From positions 620,001 through 684,000 of the forward strand of contig OZ025799.1 of NCBI GenBank assembly GCA_964019425.1: 64,000 nt of DNA. Reading direction: 5' to 3'. The translations under genes and the position numbers were made by a program. Under the pieces are notes generated by a model, which was given only the letters and a program-made list of their open reading frames with translations, was not told the DNA's origin and did no database searches. The stretch comes from Flectonema sp. DT1601 (taxonomy: Eukaryota). Each line of letters opens with the position of its first letter. Position 1 is the stretch's first letter. This document shows positions 46,137-58,500 of this stretch, in pieces.

Positions 46137-48299
46137 ATGAATCAGTTAGAGTCCAACAGGCAGTTGTATCAGCTCCTCGGATTGGAAGAGGGAGCTACAA
46201 TTGATGAAGTACGTAAGGCGTATCGTCTCAAAGCAGTGAAGTACCATCCGGATAAAAATCCAGATGATGAGAAGGCTGCAGAGATGTTCAAATCGATTAA
46301 TCACTCTCACCAAGTACTAACTGATCCAGTCAAGAAGAAGAAGTACGATGACAGAGGCAGAAGTGATGCTGTTCAGTTCGCCAGCAAAGCTTATAATTCA
46401 ACTAGTTATAGAGAAACAGAAAACCAGAGGAAAGCGAGAGAACAGGAGCTCTACAGAAAACGTGCTGCCAGAGACCCAGTCAAACAAGGTGAAGCTCGCC
46501 GAAGTGGATCAACGACCCAGACAGACACTCAGCGGGATTACTGGCGTACAAAAGATCACGGTAGAAATAAGGAGCTGGCTTCAAAATTAGCGCGCGAGAA
46601 AGAGCAGACCTTCGAAAAGGAAGTTGAAAGACAGCGCAATCTCGAGGCGTCTCGTGTACGGGCTGAAGAGGGACGTCGGAGAGAAGCAGATAGAGTGATG
46701 ACAAAACAGCGGGAAAAAGATGCCGAACGGCAAAAGCAACTCCATGCGGAGCTTCAGAAGCGCGAACGGGTAGAAGGCGAAAGAATAAGACAAGACGATG
46801 CCAGAAAGAGGGAACTCTCTCGGCAGATTAAAATGAAACAGCGCCAAGCCGAAAAGTTGAAAGAGCAACGTGCCTTAGAAGCCGAACAGAAAATAGTTAA
46901 AGAGCGAGAAACAGAAGTGACAGATTTTTTTGGTGAGGAGCAGCAGGCACGCCGTGTAATTCTATTCGCTCAATCAAAAGCACGCGCACAATACCGAGAT
47001 CATTGCTTTGCCCAACAAACAGATATTGGAAACCGCGAGGAACTCATGAACATCGAGAATGACGAAGTTTCCGAACGTCTTAATCTAGATTTGGTTTTTT
47101 ACTTCGCTAATGAGTTTATTGTTGGAGATATCTACGAGTCGCAGTGCAGATGTCAAATCAGTGACCAATGGAGTGCGTTAATGCATTCAATAAAAGATAC
47201 GTTACTTCAAACAGATCTCTACTGGAATGAGGCCTACGATAAGAGGAGATTACTTGAACACCAACACCAGGTGTCTTCTGACCCTCTCCGAATGGAAGAA
47301 CGATCAGCAAGGGAAACACTTCAATTCTTTCACGAGGAATTGTGTTGCAGAAAAGACATTTCCACTATTCAGGACGGACTTGCTTTGTACCTCACAGATG
47401 TGATGTCCCGTGAAATGGAAATGGCAAAGTCTCGTACTTCATTTTACCGAGAGGAGTTTCTCCTCCGTTCATTCATAGCAGAACAGTGGAATGCTGAGCT
47501 CGCTTCTCTCGGCATTTTTAAAAAGAGTATTCAACTAATTACGAGTGAGCAACAAGAGAGAGAAGACATAATTACACAATCAGATAACGGTATTATTCAA
47601 GAGGACATCATCAGGAAACAGAAAGTGGTAGCTGAAAACGAGAGACAGAAAGACTCATTAATGGAACAACAAGCAGAGAGAATACGAGAACTTGAATCTC
47701 AGGTGTCGCAACTTAAACAAGACTCCAGTGCTCTCGTTAAAGAACTGACAGTGACAACTCAGACGCTAAGTAGTTGTCAGGAGGAAGCCCATCAGACGAA
47801 ATTACAATACGAGAAGAAGTTCGCAGCATTGTTTGATGAAAATAAACTACTCAAACAAAAGGCCGAAGCAGCAACTACCCCAGCTACGCAGCCAACTGCT
47901 GCCGCTAGAGAAGTAAAGCGATCGGGTTCCATTCCTAATCGCGTAGGCTCAGCGACGTACTCTTCTCCGTCAACACCAGTCGTTAAGAAAGTTCGTTCGT
48001 CATCTCATCGCCCATCAGTGAACACTCCAAAGATAATTAAAAAGAAAATTCTGTTTGATGGTTTTGATGAGCCAACTGAACGCCGCACCCCTTCTTCATC
48101 TGCTTCGCGTTTCTCAAACAACAAGCGGAGGTCATCCCTGCAGACAGGAAAGTCTCCAAAGGAAGCTCTCAAGAGACAAACATCTCTATTTTCAGTCAGC
48201 AATTCAGATGTAGACTCTCCTATATCGCAGTCTGAGCTTTGGCTGAGGCGTGGCACCTCCCCTCGAATCTTTGAAACACACCGACGTATGTTATTGTGA
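46137..48299 (+). CDS. DnaJ (J-domain) protein with long coiled-coil region
   Basis: LYQLLGL..AT.DEVRKAYR..AVKYHPDKNP..A.EMFK.IN..HQVLTDP.K.KKYD with an intact HPD motif. Confidence 0.9.
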   Translation: MNQLESNRQLYQLLGLEEGATIDEVRKAYRLKAVKYHPDKNPDDEKAAEMFKSINHSHQVLTDPVKKKKYDDRGRSDAVQFASKAYNSTSYRETENQRKAREQELYRKRAARDPVKQGEARRSGSTTQTDTQRDYWRTKDHGRNKELASKLAREKEQTFEKEVERQRNLEASRVRAEEGRRREADRVMTKQREKDAERQKQLHAELQKRERVEGERIRQDDARKRELSRQIKMKQRQAEKLKEQRALEAEQKIVKERETEVTDFFGEEQQARRVILFAQSKARAQYRDHCFAQQTDIGNREELMNIENDEVSERLNLDLVFYFANEFIVGDIYESQCRCQISDQWSALMHSIKDTLLQTDLYWNEAYDKRRLLEHQHQVSSDPLRMEERSARETLQFFHEELCCRKDISTIQDGLALYLTDVMSREMEMAKSRTSFYREEFLLRSFIAEQWNAELASLGIFKKSIQLITSEQQEREDIITQSDNGIIQEDIIRKQKVVAENERQKDSLMEQQAERIRELESQVSQLKQDSSALVKELTVTTQTLSSCQEEAHQTKLQYEKKFAALFDENKLLKQKAEAATTPATQPTAAAREVKRSGSIPNRVGSATYSSPSTPVVKKVRSSSHRPSVNTPKIIKKKILFDGFDEPTERRTPSSSASRFSNNKRRSSLQTGKSPKEALKRQTSLFSVSNSDVDSPISQSELWLRRGTSPRIFETHRRMLL

Positions 48300-49924
48300 T
48301 GTCTTAGTGCTACAAAGTTGTTACTGTTTTTACATCGTCACCCCTCTGCTATAAAACAACAACAAAACAGAATTCTAAGAAGTGCACCACGCTAGAGGTT
48401 ATCAACTGTGTGTCTCGTGCTGCTGTGGGTTGTTTGTAACTGTTGCGTGACTCGCAAGTCTAAAAAACCCCTAGAGGCAGCCGTAAGAGAAAAGTTTATT
48501 TCTTCGTACGTTCTCCGGAAGGAGGTACATCCATGTGTGTTCACTTTAACCCTTTGTATGATTACTTTGTGGTGTTCGTGCGTTACTTTGCCTTTACAGC
48601 TAGATAAATCAAATAGAATATCTTTATTAACCCTTCTCCCCTTTCTTAAATGATCTTTCGATTAGTTGTTAGGTTTGCGGGCAACTGTGAGTTGATTGCT
48701 CAGTAGAGCGAATCTTTTGTTTCAGTTTTGTATTGCCCTCCCAAATATCGGTTCCGTAGATTTTCACTTCTTGTACAGCCCCTTTTATTTTTAATGACGC
48801 ACTACATAGACATTTTGGTTCATCAAAAAAAAATAAAATAAAACAAAAATAAATAAGGACAGAAATAGTTTTTTTAAATTTAGAATCCAGTTTGGGTACT
48901 TTTTTTTTTTTTTTTTTTTTTTTTTGTTTGACTCGAATCAATCTTTGTGCGACTAGTCGCTACTCGGTCTATAAGTGTTAAGAGTCACAAGGTATTTAGT
49001 TATGTTGCTCCCCACCAAGTCCCCATCAAAGACCTCATTTTTTGTGTTTGTGAATGGGTCACACAGATGACCGACAATCAAGAATTGACTGATCTTTCTG
49101 CTGTTCTCAGTTTATATCGGTCAACCCTTCACCTCTTGATTGCCTACTCGACTGTGTTCTATTTCCAAAACAAAAACTACGTTATGACTTAACACAATTA
49201 ACTTGTTTCATTATGTAGTGAAGGCTATTGTATGTTTCACTTGCTTGGTATTTGTTATTTTCTTATCTAATTAGAACCGCCGTTGGTGAACGTAAGTTAC
49301 ATAATTTACATTTTACAGATTTGAAAACATGAGGTCACTTTATTCATTGATCGGCAAGAGACATAATTATTATTATTATTTACTATTTCTTTTTGGCAGG
49401 TGTGTTCTTGTTAGGGTTGGGACAAACAGATTGCCCTCCCGATTCAAGACGACACGACGACCTGTTTAATTTTAATTGGCGGTACCCTGGCCTTTGAAGG
49501 TTTGCGGGTTCGCTGATAGTGGTTTTTAATAGGTGCGCAGGGTGCGCAGTTTTGGTGGCATTTGTTAATGGTGGGGAGATCTGTTTTCATCCTCTCAATG
49601 AAAAACTTCCTGTTAAACGGCTTGTAAGTCCGGAAAAAGAAATCAGATAACTTTCAACTTTCACAAAGTTGAAGTTTGAAAAAGAATTGGCTTTAACTTC
49701 AACTATACAGAAAATAATGATATAACACTGTGGTTTTTGTTTGTGCACGAAACCGACCCCTTTCCAGTGGATTGTTCGTGGCCGTCGTGTTTAGTTTGAT
49801 ATGGTATCTATCAAAGTTGGGAGAATAACGGTCTTTTATGAGATAATAAACCGATGCGATGCGGTGTTCGTTCTTCTTGTGTATCATTTCTTAGTATGCT
49901 TCATCTTCCAGTCTAGTGTGCTTG

Positions 49925-50275
49925 TCAGCAATATTGTCCTCGCTCGCCACGTACTCGACGTGCAGAACTAGACCTGTCCAACAGTCGATGAATAGTCCGT
50001 AACATGGGTTGTACATTTTGTTGTAGAGAATAGCCACGGTGCAACGAACCGATTACTCCCTTGTTGTCTACATGTAACTCCCTGCAACTCTGCAGTTTCA
50101 ACTCTGTCACTATCAATGGGAAGCGTCCTCTCCGATAAGAGTTTCCCACTACAAATGGCCAGGCTTTTGTACTTGCATCAGATACGAAAGTTATTTCTGT
50201 TTCATATCTACGCTTATTCCACCGCACCCATTCGTTCTTCACAAGCTCCCTGAACTCGAGCCTAAGAGAGTTCAT
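49925..50275 (-). mobile_element. DIRS-type (tyrosine recombinase retrotransposon) RNase H remnant
   Basis: FVSDASTKAW (cf. TDAS..GWG) and LHVDNKGVIGSLHRGYS (cf. DN..V..I.KG.S) of DIRS1-like RNase H. The segment between them is shortened and no RT or YR domain was recognised nearby. Confidence 0.6.
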
Positions 50276-50357
50276 GTGCCTCTGAGATTTTCACTGCTGT
50301 GTTCCAGAAAACCTTAGATTTCGGGTACTTGTATCGATTCAGCGAAACAACTGGTCA

Positions 50358-51451
50358 GTGCCCCCATTCAATACTTCCTCCAGCTCCCTTTGGTCGCCCT
50401 GTTTACTCCCCGTATCTGTATGTCTTAAGGTGCCCCTCATCTTTCTGTTCCTCGTCGAGAACAGCAGATCTTCCATGCGGTCACTTGCAACATCTTCCAT
50501 GTTCCGTGCCATAGGAGTACGGGATCAGGACGGGTTTTTCTGCCTTGATACTCCCACATTCGCTGTGGATGGGTGCCTTCAGTTTAGTAACAGTGAGTGG
50601 TTCTCGGATGATGTTACGAACATCTCATTCAGCAACTCTGAACCCTCAGTCACGACCGTTTCGGATGATTTCTTATCCTCATCTCGTAAGGTTATAAAGG
50701 TCTGCCTGGTCTTCAATACGTCACATCTGTTGGTAATAATTTCCTCAGATATTGCGTTTCACTGTCATCTGTAGACTTATCAAGTCTCAGCAATGTTTCA
50801 GCTGTTGGAGACCATTTTTTATATTCTTGTCCATCCCTCACATCTGTTGACTTATCAAGTCTGAACAATATTTCAGCTGTTGGAAACTCTTTTCTTTCTT
50901 ATTGTTCATCCCTCACATCTGTTGACTTATCAAGTCTCAGCAATGTTTCAGTTGTTGGAAACAGCTTTCTTTGTGTTTCTGCATCCCTCACATCTGTTGA
51001 CTTATCAAGTCTGAAAGATGTTTCAGTTGTTGGCAACTCTTTTCTTAGAAATTGTTCATCCCTCACATCTCTGGACTTATCAAGTCTTAGCAATATTTCG
51101 GCTGTTGGAGACTATTTTTTAAGTGATTGTTCATCCCTCACATCTGTTGACTTATCAAGTCTGGAAAATGTTTCAGTTGTTGGAAACTCTTTTCTAAGAA
51201 ATTGTTCATCCCTCACATCTCTGGACTTATCAAGTCTTAGCAATGTTTCGGCTGTTGGGGACTATTTTCTAAGTGATTTTTCATCCCTCACATCTGTTGA
51301 CTTATCAAGTCTCAGCAATATTTCAGCTGTTGGAAACGGTTTTCTTTCTTATTGTTCATCCCTGGCAAACATTCTCAGCAAGTGCCGCATTTCGTGTGAC
51401 GCTGCCCCCGCCCTCTGGGATTGCTTTTCCGTTGGCTGTGCCGCAAGGTGA
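50358..51451 (+). pseudogene. BspA/TpLRR-type leucine-rich-repeat gene with a frameshift near 50700
   Basis: ORF 50358.. reads ..VTTVSDDFLSSSRKVIKV. A different frame, open 50702-51451 and absent from the ORF track, reads LPGLQYVTSVGNNFLRYCVSLSSVDLSSLSNVSAVGDHFLYSCPSLTSVDLSSL.. with a 25-aa period. Confidence 0.8.
50760..51363 (+). repeat. Tandem repeat, 75-bp unit, about 8 copies (coding LRR array)
   Basis: CATCCCT recurs at 50832, 50907, 50982, 51057, 51132, 51207, 51282 and 51357, an exact 75-bp period. Confidence 0.95.
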
Positions 51452-51599
51452 GCAGGGCATCGGCACTTGGGGTGTTTGTGCTCTTGACGGTGCTGGTGGG
51501 GCAGCAATTACAAACATCGGCGTCGCGGGCAACGGAAAAGGGACTTGACCGACGTGCTGTTGAATTTGTCAGTGATGTTGGATGCCAAGAAGAAAAAGG

Positions 51600-51974
51600 A
51601 ACCAGCCAATCCAGAATGGAGGGTTGGGATGAAGCCGGTGCACTCACAGAGGGCAGGGGAACGAATGGGTGGTTCCCTACAACGCTGGCTTGATGACGAA
51701 GTATCAAACACACATCAATGTCGAATTGACCGACTGCGTCGGTTACTTATTCAAGTGCATTGCGAAGGCAGAGCCTGGGCTGAGCTTTGCTTTGAAGCAG
51801 GGGGGCGCGAGACGAAGCGACCCAGACAGAATGCACGGGCTATGGGCGACACTGCACTGCTGGCTTGAGAGGGATGTGATACACAAGATGTCAGCGCACC
51901 CTGTGGGTGAAGAGCACTCGCATTCCCACAACGAAGGAAGAAATGGCATCTCCCTTGCACGTCTCGATCGTTAA
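51600..51974 (+). mobile_element. Helitron Rep domain fragment
   Basis: NEWVVPYNAGLMTKYQTHINVE..CVGYLFKCIAK (from 51660) matches the Helitron consensus N.WVVPYNP.L...Y..HINVE.C....KYLFKY..K. The second catalytic Tyr is replaced by Cys and the upstream frame is disrupted. Confidence 0.75.
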
Positions 51975-52528
51975 GGGACGAATGCTGCCACCTGTTTTTG
52001 AGAGGCTTGATCTGGTCGCTTACATTTTATAAGACTTTGTCCATAATGCATGTCAGCTTTTATTAACATTCCTCTCTTGCTCAGGTGCATAATCTATCGC
52101 TAAGGTTGAACAAGCGTGGTGATGGTGTCGGTATCTCGAAAAAAATCGGGCATGACACAACCACAAAGTAATCTTGTGGGGCAAGCCAACATTCTCACTT
52201 CAAAGTTGCTGACTGCTTTTGAATCAGCTGTCTTCTTCTTCAACTTCGGGTCTCTGCAGGTTACAATGCCTCAGCTCTCGCTTTCATTGGGTGTTGCTGA
52301 GGGGGGTGAGCTTGAATACCAAAACTTGGCATTCTGATCTTTCTGATACTTAGTTGCAAACGCAAATATTCTTTAACAAATACACTGAGATTCCGCAAAC
52401 AAAGAAAGGTGAGAAGGCAACAGCTGAGGCAAGTAAATCACATACTACTAAAAACAGTATCATGATGGCAATGTGATTTTGAAAAAAACAGGTTTTTAAG
52501 AGAGTAAAATTGATCATGCGGCAAGTTC

Positions 52529-55500
52529 TCAAGATTTGCAAAACGCTGTACCACTTGCAATGCCCGCCCGAAAGGCCACACGAAGGATATCAGCAGCCAG
52601 CTTGTTGTAGCAAGGGGCTTCAAGAATCTTCTGACAGGGAATCCTCAGTTGAAATTCCAGAGCCTCTTCAGGACCCGTGAGTGCAGTAGTGTTATGTCCA
52701 CCCGAGGAATCGATATTTTGGTGCCATTCCAACACTCGAACAAGACGTGCCCGCGCTCCAATTTCATCATCGCAACCAAATTCAGATGCGTAAATCCGTT
52801 TTCTAACGTAATAGATGCTACCTTTAGCTTCCTGTGTGAGCATTGGGTTAAAGGACAATTCCGCTATCGGCAGGGCTGATCCCTGTCTTGAGGAGAATTT
52901 AAATGAAATGGGGGCAGCACCACCAACCGCCGATGTAGGCATCTTTTCCTTGGCTGACTGGACTATCTGAGGGGTGACAAAGTCAAATGTCTCGAATCTA
53001 AATCGCATGTCCGGTATTATTCCACCCCCGAGGATAGTTGTCGACACCCATGAAAGTTGTCTTTCCGCTATGGAAGTAACTATCTCTTCATTCCTGGTGC
53101 TGGTGACGGTCCGAATACCAATTTCAAAACTTCTTGAAACAACTGCAGACAGTTTACCGTACAGATCCACTGAGTCAACAGCTGAACCCTTTTGGGAATC
53201 ACGGAGCTTACTCATCATGTATGCTTCCGTTTTATTCTCAATTATCGCACCATCTGCGCCCATCTGGCATCTGGCAAGAAGTCCAAATCCCGCGTCTTCC
53301 AATTTCCTTTCAATCTCTCCCTGGATAACATCCAGCTCTTGATTACCAGCCCTAGCAATGTGCCGAAACGTCGAGCGCAGTCCTCTTTTCGCCTTCTTTT
53401 TCTTTCCTTTGACTGGGGCCTGTCCGCTCGATATTTCCATCTTTTTCATTACATATTCCTTCTCTTTAGGCGCAGCTTGGAATTTCCTCCGTTCCCACGC
53501 CTTCCGATTTCTTCCCATACTTTCCATCCGTTGGTGCAGCTCCGAGATTGACAGCGACTGACTAGTGTCTGGTAGAGAATCTGAAGCCGACATAATGAGA
53601 AATGTTCCGAAGGAAACGGTGCAATCGTAAAAGGCAAATGTCGACAGCGATGGAAGCTTCGGGATCTGTCTGGCTATGCACTCGGCTAGTGCGTTTCGGA
53701 CGGTAACATCATCGCAGCCGATGTTCTTAAAAATAATTTCCTTAATTGGTTGACAGCTTGACATCTCAATTCTCTGTCTATTATTTTCTTGCTCCGCTTT
53801 TAAACGGAGTTGTAGATCATCACCTTCTGAACCCCATGCAACAATTCCAACAGAACCTTCGAGGTGGTACCGAGAGGATCGAATTCTTGACCTACACGAC
53901 CAATTTAACTCTCTAATGTGTGAGGAAATCTCTCTTTGAACCAGCATAATGCTCCTTCGGTTTCCCGTCGCAACCATGATGAGCTTAGAACCCGTCTCTT
54001 CGAGTTCTACCACTGCTCCGCTCAATCTCGACAGTCGCTCTTCATGAAAAGCTAGAGCTGATCCCACACTGCCGCTTATTCGAGATGGGAGGCATAACTT
54101 GCACACTATCTCATCGTCATCCTGACTGCTCAGCAGTTGCTCTGGACAGCCGGTTGCAAGCAAGCAGTGCTGAGCAATCCTGCTATCGTGAGCAAGAAGG
54201 TTGATAGTTTCTACCGAACAGATTGATGAGACGGTTGACGGACTGAAAAGGTAGCGGTAATTGAATGAAGTTTCAATTGCTGCAGTTCCTATTAAAAAAG
54301 AGTACTTTTTAGCCGTTGAAGAACATGATGTCGACTTGAAAAACCGCAATACCGCGGCACCAGCCATGTCAGCAGGGTCTTCGCTGGGTATCAGGTTATA
54401 AATGTGACCTTTATCCTCAGCTAATAAGGAATTAAGGATTAACACGTGCAGCTCACCAGTACTCAGAATATGCCTCCCGCCATCATTTGTAATACCTGCA
54501 TCCTGTCTAATGACTCCGATAGTCCGTGCCCAGTGCTGGATGAATAGGAATACTGAGTGCGTCCACTGATGCTGAAGAAAGTAAGTTTTCAAACAAAGAG
54601 TTTTCAAAAAACTGCTGACATCTACGGTGAGGTCGAACCACTCCTCTCCCAATCCATCAGGCGGGATGATCGAAAATCGAATAATTGGTACGTTTGCTTT
54701 GAACACTTCAATCTTCTTCACTGCAATATTTCCTAAAAGGCGAGATACAATTTCCAGAGCCCATATCTGTTTGTCACGTAGGGTAGCCATAGATTCATGT
54801 CCAGATTTAAAGAGCATGCATCCAGAAGGTATGATAGCAACAACATCAATATCAGAATAAAGTGAACAAAGATCTTGGGCCACAGAACCAAAGACCTTCA
54901 ACTGAATATGTTGCTCCGAGTCGATCAACGAGTTGATTGTATCCTCTACCAGTGAGACGTATCGCATCTTTCTCTCGCTAATGGCCTTCGTTTCTTGCAT
55001 GTGTCTTCTTCCATAAGACAAAATAGCATCTCCAAGTTGCTTGTGTGAATTCTTTTTTCCCAATGTAGTATTTATTGCTCCACTTTGTCTCAAAACACCC
55101 AACAGAATTCTTCCGTGCAGAAGCCCAAAACTCTTTGCAAATCCATCACTCTGAGAGACCTGGTACCACCACCGAGCAGCTATTTCTTGCTCAGGTGGCG
55201 TTGTGTACATAACTGCAAAACGCTGTTTGGTAAACGTCTGTAGCTGGCAAACACGGCGTCTGATGACTTCTCTAGCTTTGAAAATATTTTTAATTAATGG
55301 ATGCCATGAAATAGCAGTAGAGAGGAGACACTCTGCTTCACTACGCAAGCCATAACTGGTCATAATTTGTCGCATTCCAGAACAGTAAACTCGATAGTCG
55401 TTCAAGGCTTCAGTTTCATAGCTAAGGCAACTTTTAGTTCCCTTTAGCGCTTCCAATAATTCATTTTCAGGTTCAGACAGAGAATTCTGCTGTGGCAGCT

Positions 55501-58500
55501 TACTACCTTCTGGACACAGTGCTCTGCAAACAAGTTGTTGTCCTATCCAGTTGGGGGCTCCAGTGTATTGAAAATCGTATGACTTGGCAGTGCGGTACAG
55601 AGTACCAAGGATTTTATTAGAAACATAGCCGTCGGTTGTCTTTTCCATAAAGTCAGGATGTCCATATTTCTTGATGCGTGTAAAAGCTTCTTCAGGAACA
55701 GAAGGCGGTATGCCGGTCTTTGGGTAGTCTACTGCAAACGATTGTGCTCGAGCAACTTCAATCGCGAGTGGGTTACGCGCACCGTCAACGAACTGGTCGG
55801 AAATCGCTTGGTGCATGTTTGATATCCTCCCTAAGCTGTCGTTGGAGTATACAGAATGGACAAAGTCAGCAATCTCCCAACAGTTTCTTATTTCTTTTAT
55901 CTTGTATTGCTCCGGGCGGGGTGCATTGGCACCGAGGGTCCCATACGGAAGAGGCGTGTCCTCTAACTCTTTGGGAAGAGTAATCTCCTGATCCCAGACA
56001 ACATAAAACTGATCTCCGTCTAAGTCTCCTCCGGAGCAAGACTCAGGAATATTATACAAAGTGTTGTTGTTGCATGGGAATATCACAACATTTTTGTACT
56101 CTCTGAGAGCCGGGCAGTCCACAGCAGTAACAACACGAACATCTCCCGGATGGAGACAAGGATTGCGCCAAACTATAACTTGTTCTTGTGAGAGAATCTC
56201 CTCTTTACCCGCTGGACTATCCTCTCCAAGTTGAACAAATATTTCACCATCTAGAAGCGTACCAGTCGGGTCAGGAATCCCCAGTAGATGACAGCCTTGC
56301 TTGATAGGTATTCTGGCTTTCTTAGTGAGATCTCTCGTACAAACTCGGTAGCTGACCCTACACAGATCCAGAACCAGAGGATCAGCAAATATGTCGCCAG
56401 ATGCTTCTACTCCCGACAAATATGCCTCGTACTCAGCTGCAAAGTCGGGAGGAAGATTTGGGAAAACCGCCGCCTTCATTTCGGTAGCGTCTTCGAATAT
56501 TGTACTTAAAGTATTCAGGCACGAGATGAGATTTGATTCAAGTGCTTTGTGGGGAAAGAACTGGTCTTGTTGTGAAGTGAGTAGAGAAATAATTTCGCGA
56601 TTCAGATGACAAGGTGACCACTTTGCGTGGCGAACAATGCAAAGCGTATTGTCGACATTCTCTTCCGGCATCTGAAACTTCTTCATTGAGGGTCGAATTG
56701 CAATTTTCTTTCCCGAAAGGTCAGCGTCTGTATCCGGTACGGTTACTAAAACACCCTTCACACCCCGCCATCGTATCTGAAAGGCAGACGGCGTAATATG
56801 TAATCCCAACATCGCTGCCACGGATTTGGCTGTTGTGATTGCGATCTTACCAGCCCCATCAGTTAACACTGAGCTGCCGTTACGGCAATGCACGTCCTTG
56901 ATCATAACAGTGCAGCTATCATCGATTTTAATTGTCGGAATATCCGAAGTCATATAAAGGGCAAGCCGCGACAAATACTTAGCAATGGACGCGCTGCCAC
57001 TCGGATCCACTATTTGACCTCTGAATCGAGCAAGCCTCTCGGCTATACTTTGACCTGAGCATGCACCAGGCAAGAACTCGATGTCTACGTACACAGCCTG
57101 CTGCTCCCGTAACTGGCTGGAACTCGCAGCGAAAAAAATATATTCCTTGCCAGCGAAACATTGGGTATCAGAAATTGACTGCTTGACGTAATTGAGTGTT
57201 ACGATGGAATTCAATCGTTGTCGCTGTTCATCCCTAAATACAACAGTGACAAATGGATGTATTCCAAAACGACGGTACAACCTGGAGTCGGCTACAGCAA
57301 GAGGTGTGAGGTACACACACTGTGTCGGGGTTAGCATTGCCCGCTTTATCAAATTATCGGTGTAGTCTAATTTGACTGCAAGGTTGGCTGCCTCGTAGGC
57401 TTTCTTGAACAAATCACATATGGGTGTCCAGTATTCCAGACTGGATTGCATTTCTGTGAGAGCCTGAATAATGCTTTCCTCACATTCCATCTCAGAGATT
57501 AGTAATCGAAGCTTCAGCTCAGCTGCCCTAGTGGAACAACCTAAACGTTGGCTGTGGAGAGCCTGAATCAGCCATTCTATTAAGTGATTACTGTGCGGTG
57601 GGTAAGTCTTGACAGCCTCAAACACTACTTTTACTCGAACATTGTACACAGGGACACCGAAGCTGCTACTTAATAAGACAGTCAGTTCTGAGGGAGGAGG
57701 GCAGTTGTGCATATGAAGGCAAAGGACAGATTGAGACACACCGTTATGTTTTACAGTGCAACGAGTAATATTGCCAAGCATATCCATTCCAAAGACTGGT
57801 GGGGTGCTGTTTAAGGGGAGAAGAATATTGCATTCTTTTTCAGATTCCCATGAAACAGCTATGAATGGATGAATGACCATGGGTGCCAATTCCATCCACA
57901 GATCGCTGATACCGATATGCATACCTGTCTTTATGAAAGACACCCAGCTATCATCTGCGAGTGTTTTTTCACTTGTAAAAACACCTAATTCACTCCATTC
58001 CCCTGTCAGTACAGTTACCTTGTATGATTTAAAAATGAAAGGCATGCCTTTCTGAAACTTCTTTCGGGTCTGCATAGTTGCCCAAATCGACCCTCCCGAA
58101 GATGTCTTAAACGACCAGTTGGAGAATAAATCTCTTTCGTCAGCATGTTGCTCTGTAAATGAACTAGTCAAAGATACGAGGTGACCTGTAGCGGAACCAG
58201 CAGGTAACACTGGGAAAGTATCAACAGGCATATCAGTTATTCGAGAAACAACTAAGTGATTGAGACCAGACTGGTCGAGGCTGTCTAACAATTCCGACTC
58301 AAAATCGATCTCTTGGAAATGTCGCTCAACGGGGTAAATGTACCAAAGCATTAGTGAAAGGTGCTTATCAGCGCAGAGTTCTGCGACCCTTGCACGAGGA
58401 GCAACTCGCCCGTTTTGAATATATTGAATAGTCTGCAGTACTTCAGGTGATGTTGGATGAGTAATAGCACGCACGCTGACGATGCTTTCGAGTTCCCTCT

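Noticed and set aside
49405..49425. TTAGGGTTGGG telomere-like seed
   Set aside because: Only one exact unit, which is expected by chance.
50899..51093. Minus-strand repetitive ORF (RLDKSTDVRDEQ)
   Set aside because: Antisense shadow of the plus-strand LRR array; it is interrupted by a stop in the adjacent unit.
50760..51363. Regularly spaced repeats resembling a CRISPR array
   Set aside because: The whole 75-bp unit is repeated with no unique spacers, the period is a multiple of 3 and encodes LRRs, there are no cas genes, and the context is eukaryotic.
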